Notes under the pieces: model-generated
What the model was told of the DNA's origin: nothing
Database searches by the model: none
The model's input: only the letters and a program-made list of their open reading frames with translations
DNA from: Thalia democratica
Lineage: Eukaryota
Assembly (NCBI GenBank): GCA_965202585.1
Contig: OZ241832.1
Location: forward strand, 23,312,001-23,376,000
DNA length: 64,000 nucleotides
Reading direction: 5' to 3'
In this document: in pieces, positions 61,601 to 64,000 of the stretch
Layout: each line of letters opens with the position of its first letter
Numbering within the stretch: the first letter of the stretch is position 1
Program-made: the position numbers and the translations under genes

Positions 61601-64000
61601 CTGGCTATGTGTATTTGGTATTCAAAAACTTGTTTACATTTTCGAATACTACATAAGCATAGTTTAAAAACAAACAAATTAAGCAAGGAAACTAAGTATT
61701 TAAAGTATAAAGATAATACATTCTTTATTTTTTCTTCTTTTCTTTTTATTTTAGCTGGTACACATGCACCAATGTCCCTCCCCATCCTACACCCCTGATT
61801 ATAACAATAGTATTTTGAGCACTATATGAAATTGAAAAAACGGAAGTACTAAAAATAATCTATATTTAAAATATTATTTTTTATTTTAACTGATATTTTG
61901 CAGTATAACAACTTTTTATAAATTTTTCCACTAATATTGATTTAAAGTATTAAAGTCACTAGCTTAGGTATAAAAAAAAGTTATCATTAGCTGTATTTTA
62001 TTATATAAGTTTTGATTTAAAATAATTTTGTTTATTTAAGCTAAGAACATGTGCTCGATAAATTCTAAATCAGAGAGCTTACTTATAGGTTAAATCTATT
62101 TTTGAGTTTTAAAATTTTTTCCATTGATTGTTAAACGTCCATTAATAAACATAAGAACTCATTGAATTTCTATGTTTCCTTATTTCATTAAATTTAAAAA
62201 ATCTTATCTTATTTTAATTAAATTAATAAAATTATTTTACCTATTGTAGACTAAAGTACTGTAGTCAGTTGCAAAAAATTTAAAATATATTTTTCATAAT
62301 GTGTATCTTATTAAATTATTAATAATCATAACCTGATTATTAATGAATACTTTTAAAACGATTATTAATGTTTGTTCCTTCACAATAGCAGAAATAATAA
62401 ATAATGAAACATTTTCTGTAACATAATTTCTGAATAAAAGTTAAAATACAGTGATTTACATAAGTCAAGAATTTAATTGTAATTTTCCGCATTAAAAAAT
62501 TAATGTAGATAAATAAAATAATTTTATTGTAAATAAACTAAAATATCTAAGCATTTTAAATTACTCAATATTTGTAACTACTTGGTTATTTGAATAAGAA
62601 ATAAATCAAAATATACTATTTTTTATCTGAAGGCTCTTAATAAAGTCAGTTGTATCTAGAAGAGCTATTTGTAAGGGATTAAAATTAGTTAGCATTTAGG
62701 GTAGAGTGTTGTTTTTACTTCAAATAAAATTTTAGTTTTAAATAAAATTTGTGATCTTAATTTTTAGTAATTTTGTATTAAGTTTGTTAAGTATATTAAG
62801 GTGACTAACAGGGGAACTTAATTAATATTTTTTTGAAGGTAGACTGCCTCTTTTGATTACAAAAACCAGAAATGATTGAAAATTTGACCAAACCGAAATT
62901 GTAAAAACGGTTTAAACTACCAAAAAAATCAGTCTCAGTCTTTTACTATAGTCTTTATTTTATTTAATAAGAATTGAAAATGTTTGTTTTTTAATAAACG
63001 AAAGATCTTTTTGAAGTGTTTGTAAATACTGAGACTGATTTTTTTGACGGTTCTTACTGTTTTTTATATTTGTTTATTTAATATACTTTATATTTTGAAT
63101 TTTACTTTAACGCAGGTTAACAAAAATATCGTTTTAGCATTAAATATTGCAAATTTTGTTCATGTGTAATAAAGTTTTTACTAATACAGTCAAGCAAATT
63201 TAAGATTTTAGTAGTTAGAATTCGTTAAGAATCGGAAGTAATCTGAAAATGAACATAAGCTGTATACTATTATCAATATCAGTTTTATCTAAATTAGGTT
63301 TTATCTGAATCTTTTTCATAATTCAAAATGTTAATGTTTGTATTTTAAGTATGTTAGAAAAATATAAATGTAAAGCAGATCTGTGTTCAGTTGGCAATTT
63401 TTTTTAGAAATTCAATGTATTAAAACAATTTTATTATATTTTTTTTCAATAATTTTTTCTACCTATACCAAATTCAAGTACTAAAATCTATTGTAAAGAC
63501 TTAAAAAGTTCATTTAAATCATCAGCTTTATTTTTGTAGTCTAATGCTTGTTAAAATTTTTACCTTATTTTAAGTAAAATTCAATGCTATAAATATACAA
63601 TAATAATTAAAATTATTTTTTTTATAAAAACTGATGAGGAAAATAAAAAACTTACACTATTTTTATGTTATGCTAGTTTGAGTCAGTTCTTTTCTTGTTC
63701 TGAAATAAAAAGAGAGACAAAAGAAGATGATAGAACATTTTCATCACTAGTGGGCGCTCTTATTTTCTTCCAGCCGAGGTTCGTAACTTTAGGATATATT
63801 GAGACACATCTTAAATATATTATTCATAGACAATGGCAGCATCCAAAGATAGCTAAAAAGTAGTAAAGGACGTCCCAGCTAAGGTAGCTAAAGATAAGTG
63901 CAGGTTTTATTGTAAGGGAAGCTTCAGCATCAACGTGTACAAAGTGCTCAAGCAAGTACACCCTGATACTGGAATCCTCAGCAAAGCCATGAACATCATA
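58616..64000 (+). repeat. Segmental duplication copy B (runs off the window end)
   Basis: Collinear with 2122-7734. Confidence 0.95.
63833..64000 (+). pseudogene. H2B: Histone H2B pseudogene 4
   Basis: ATG retained, TAA at codon 8 (63854-63856); then [48 protein letters not shown]. Confidence 0.9.

Overview
Very AT-rich eukaryotic (animal) genomic DNA with spliceosomal introns. A tunicate or similar marine invertebrate is the best fit, but that is inference from gene content and donor usage such as GTTTG/GTTAG. There are no prokaryotic features, rRNA, tRNA or CRISPR arrays. All exon structures were reconstructed by hand from GT-AG sites and frame continuity. The centre of the window is a cluster of secreted innate-immune/complement-like genes: (i) an intact 4-exon signal peptide + coiled-coil + CCP(sushi) + C-type lectin gene (244 aa) and its tandem pseudogene; (ii) a head-to-head pair of intact 5-exon genes (271 and 265 aa) encoding a signal peptide, an unassigned basic CX19CX9CX8C domain and three CCP modules, separated by a 3.3-copy ~1.86-kb tandem array and showing mosaic divergence (one exon 96% identical, exons 1, 3 and 4 only ~60-64% identical in protein); (iii) a small prepropeptide-like gene with an RRKR site and an acidic tail. 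Also present: a 2-exon RRM-like + Ulp1/C48 protease gene interrupted by one homopolymer frameshift, a GC-rich ORF resembling a GBP/atlastin helical domain, an orphan 114-aa ORF, a tandem array of histone H2B pseudogenes, a >5.4-kb direct segmental duplication 56.5 kb apart, and many transposon remnants (hAT elements with TIR/TSD, a long-TIR MITE, a pogo-like MITE, a Penelope fragment, a tRNA-derived SINE family, and a fossil MULE flanked by inverted 15-bp arrays).
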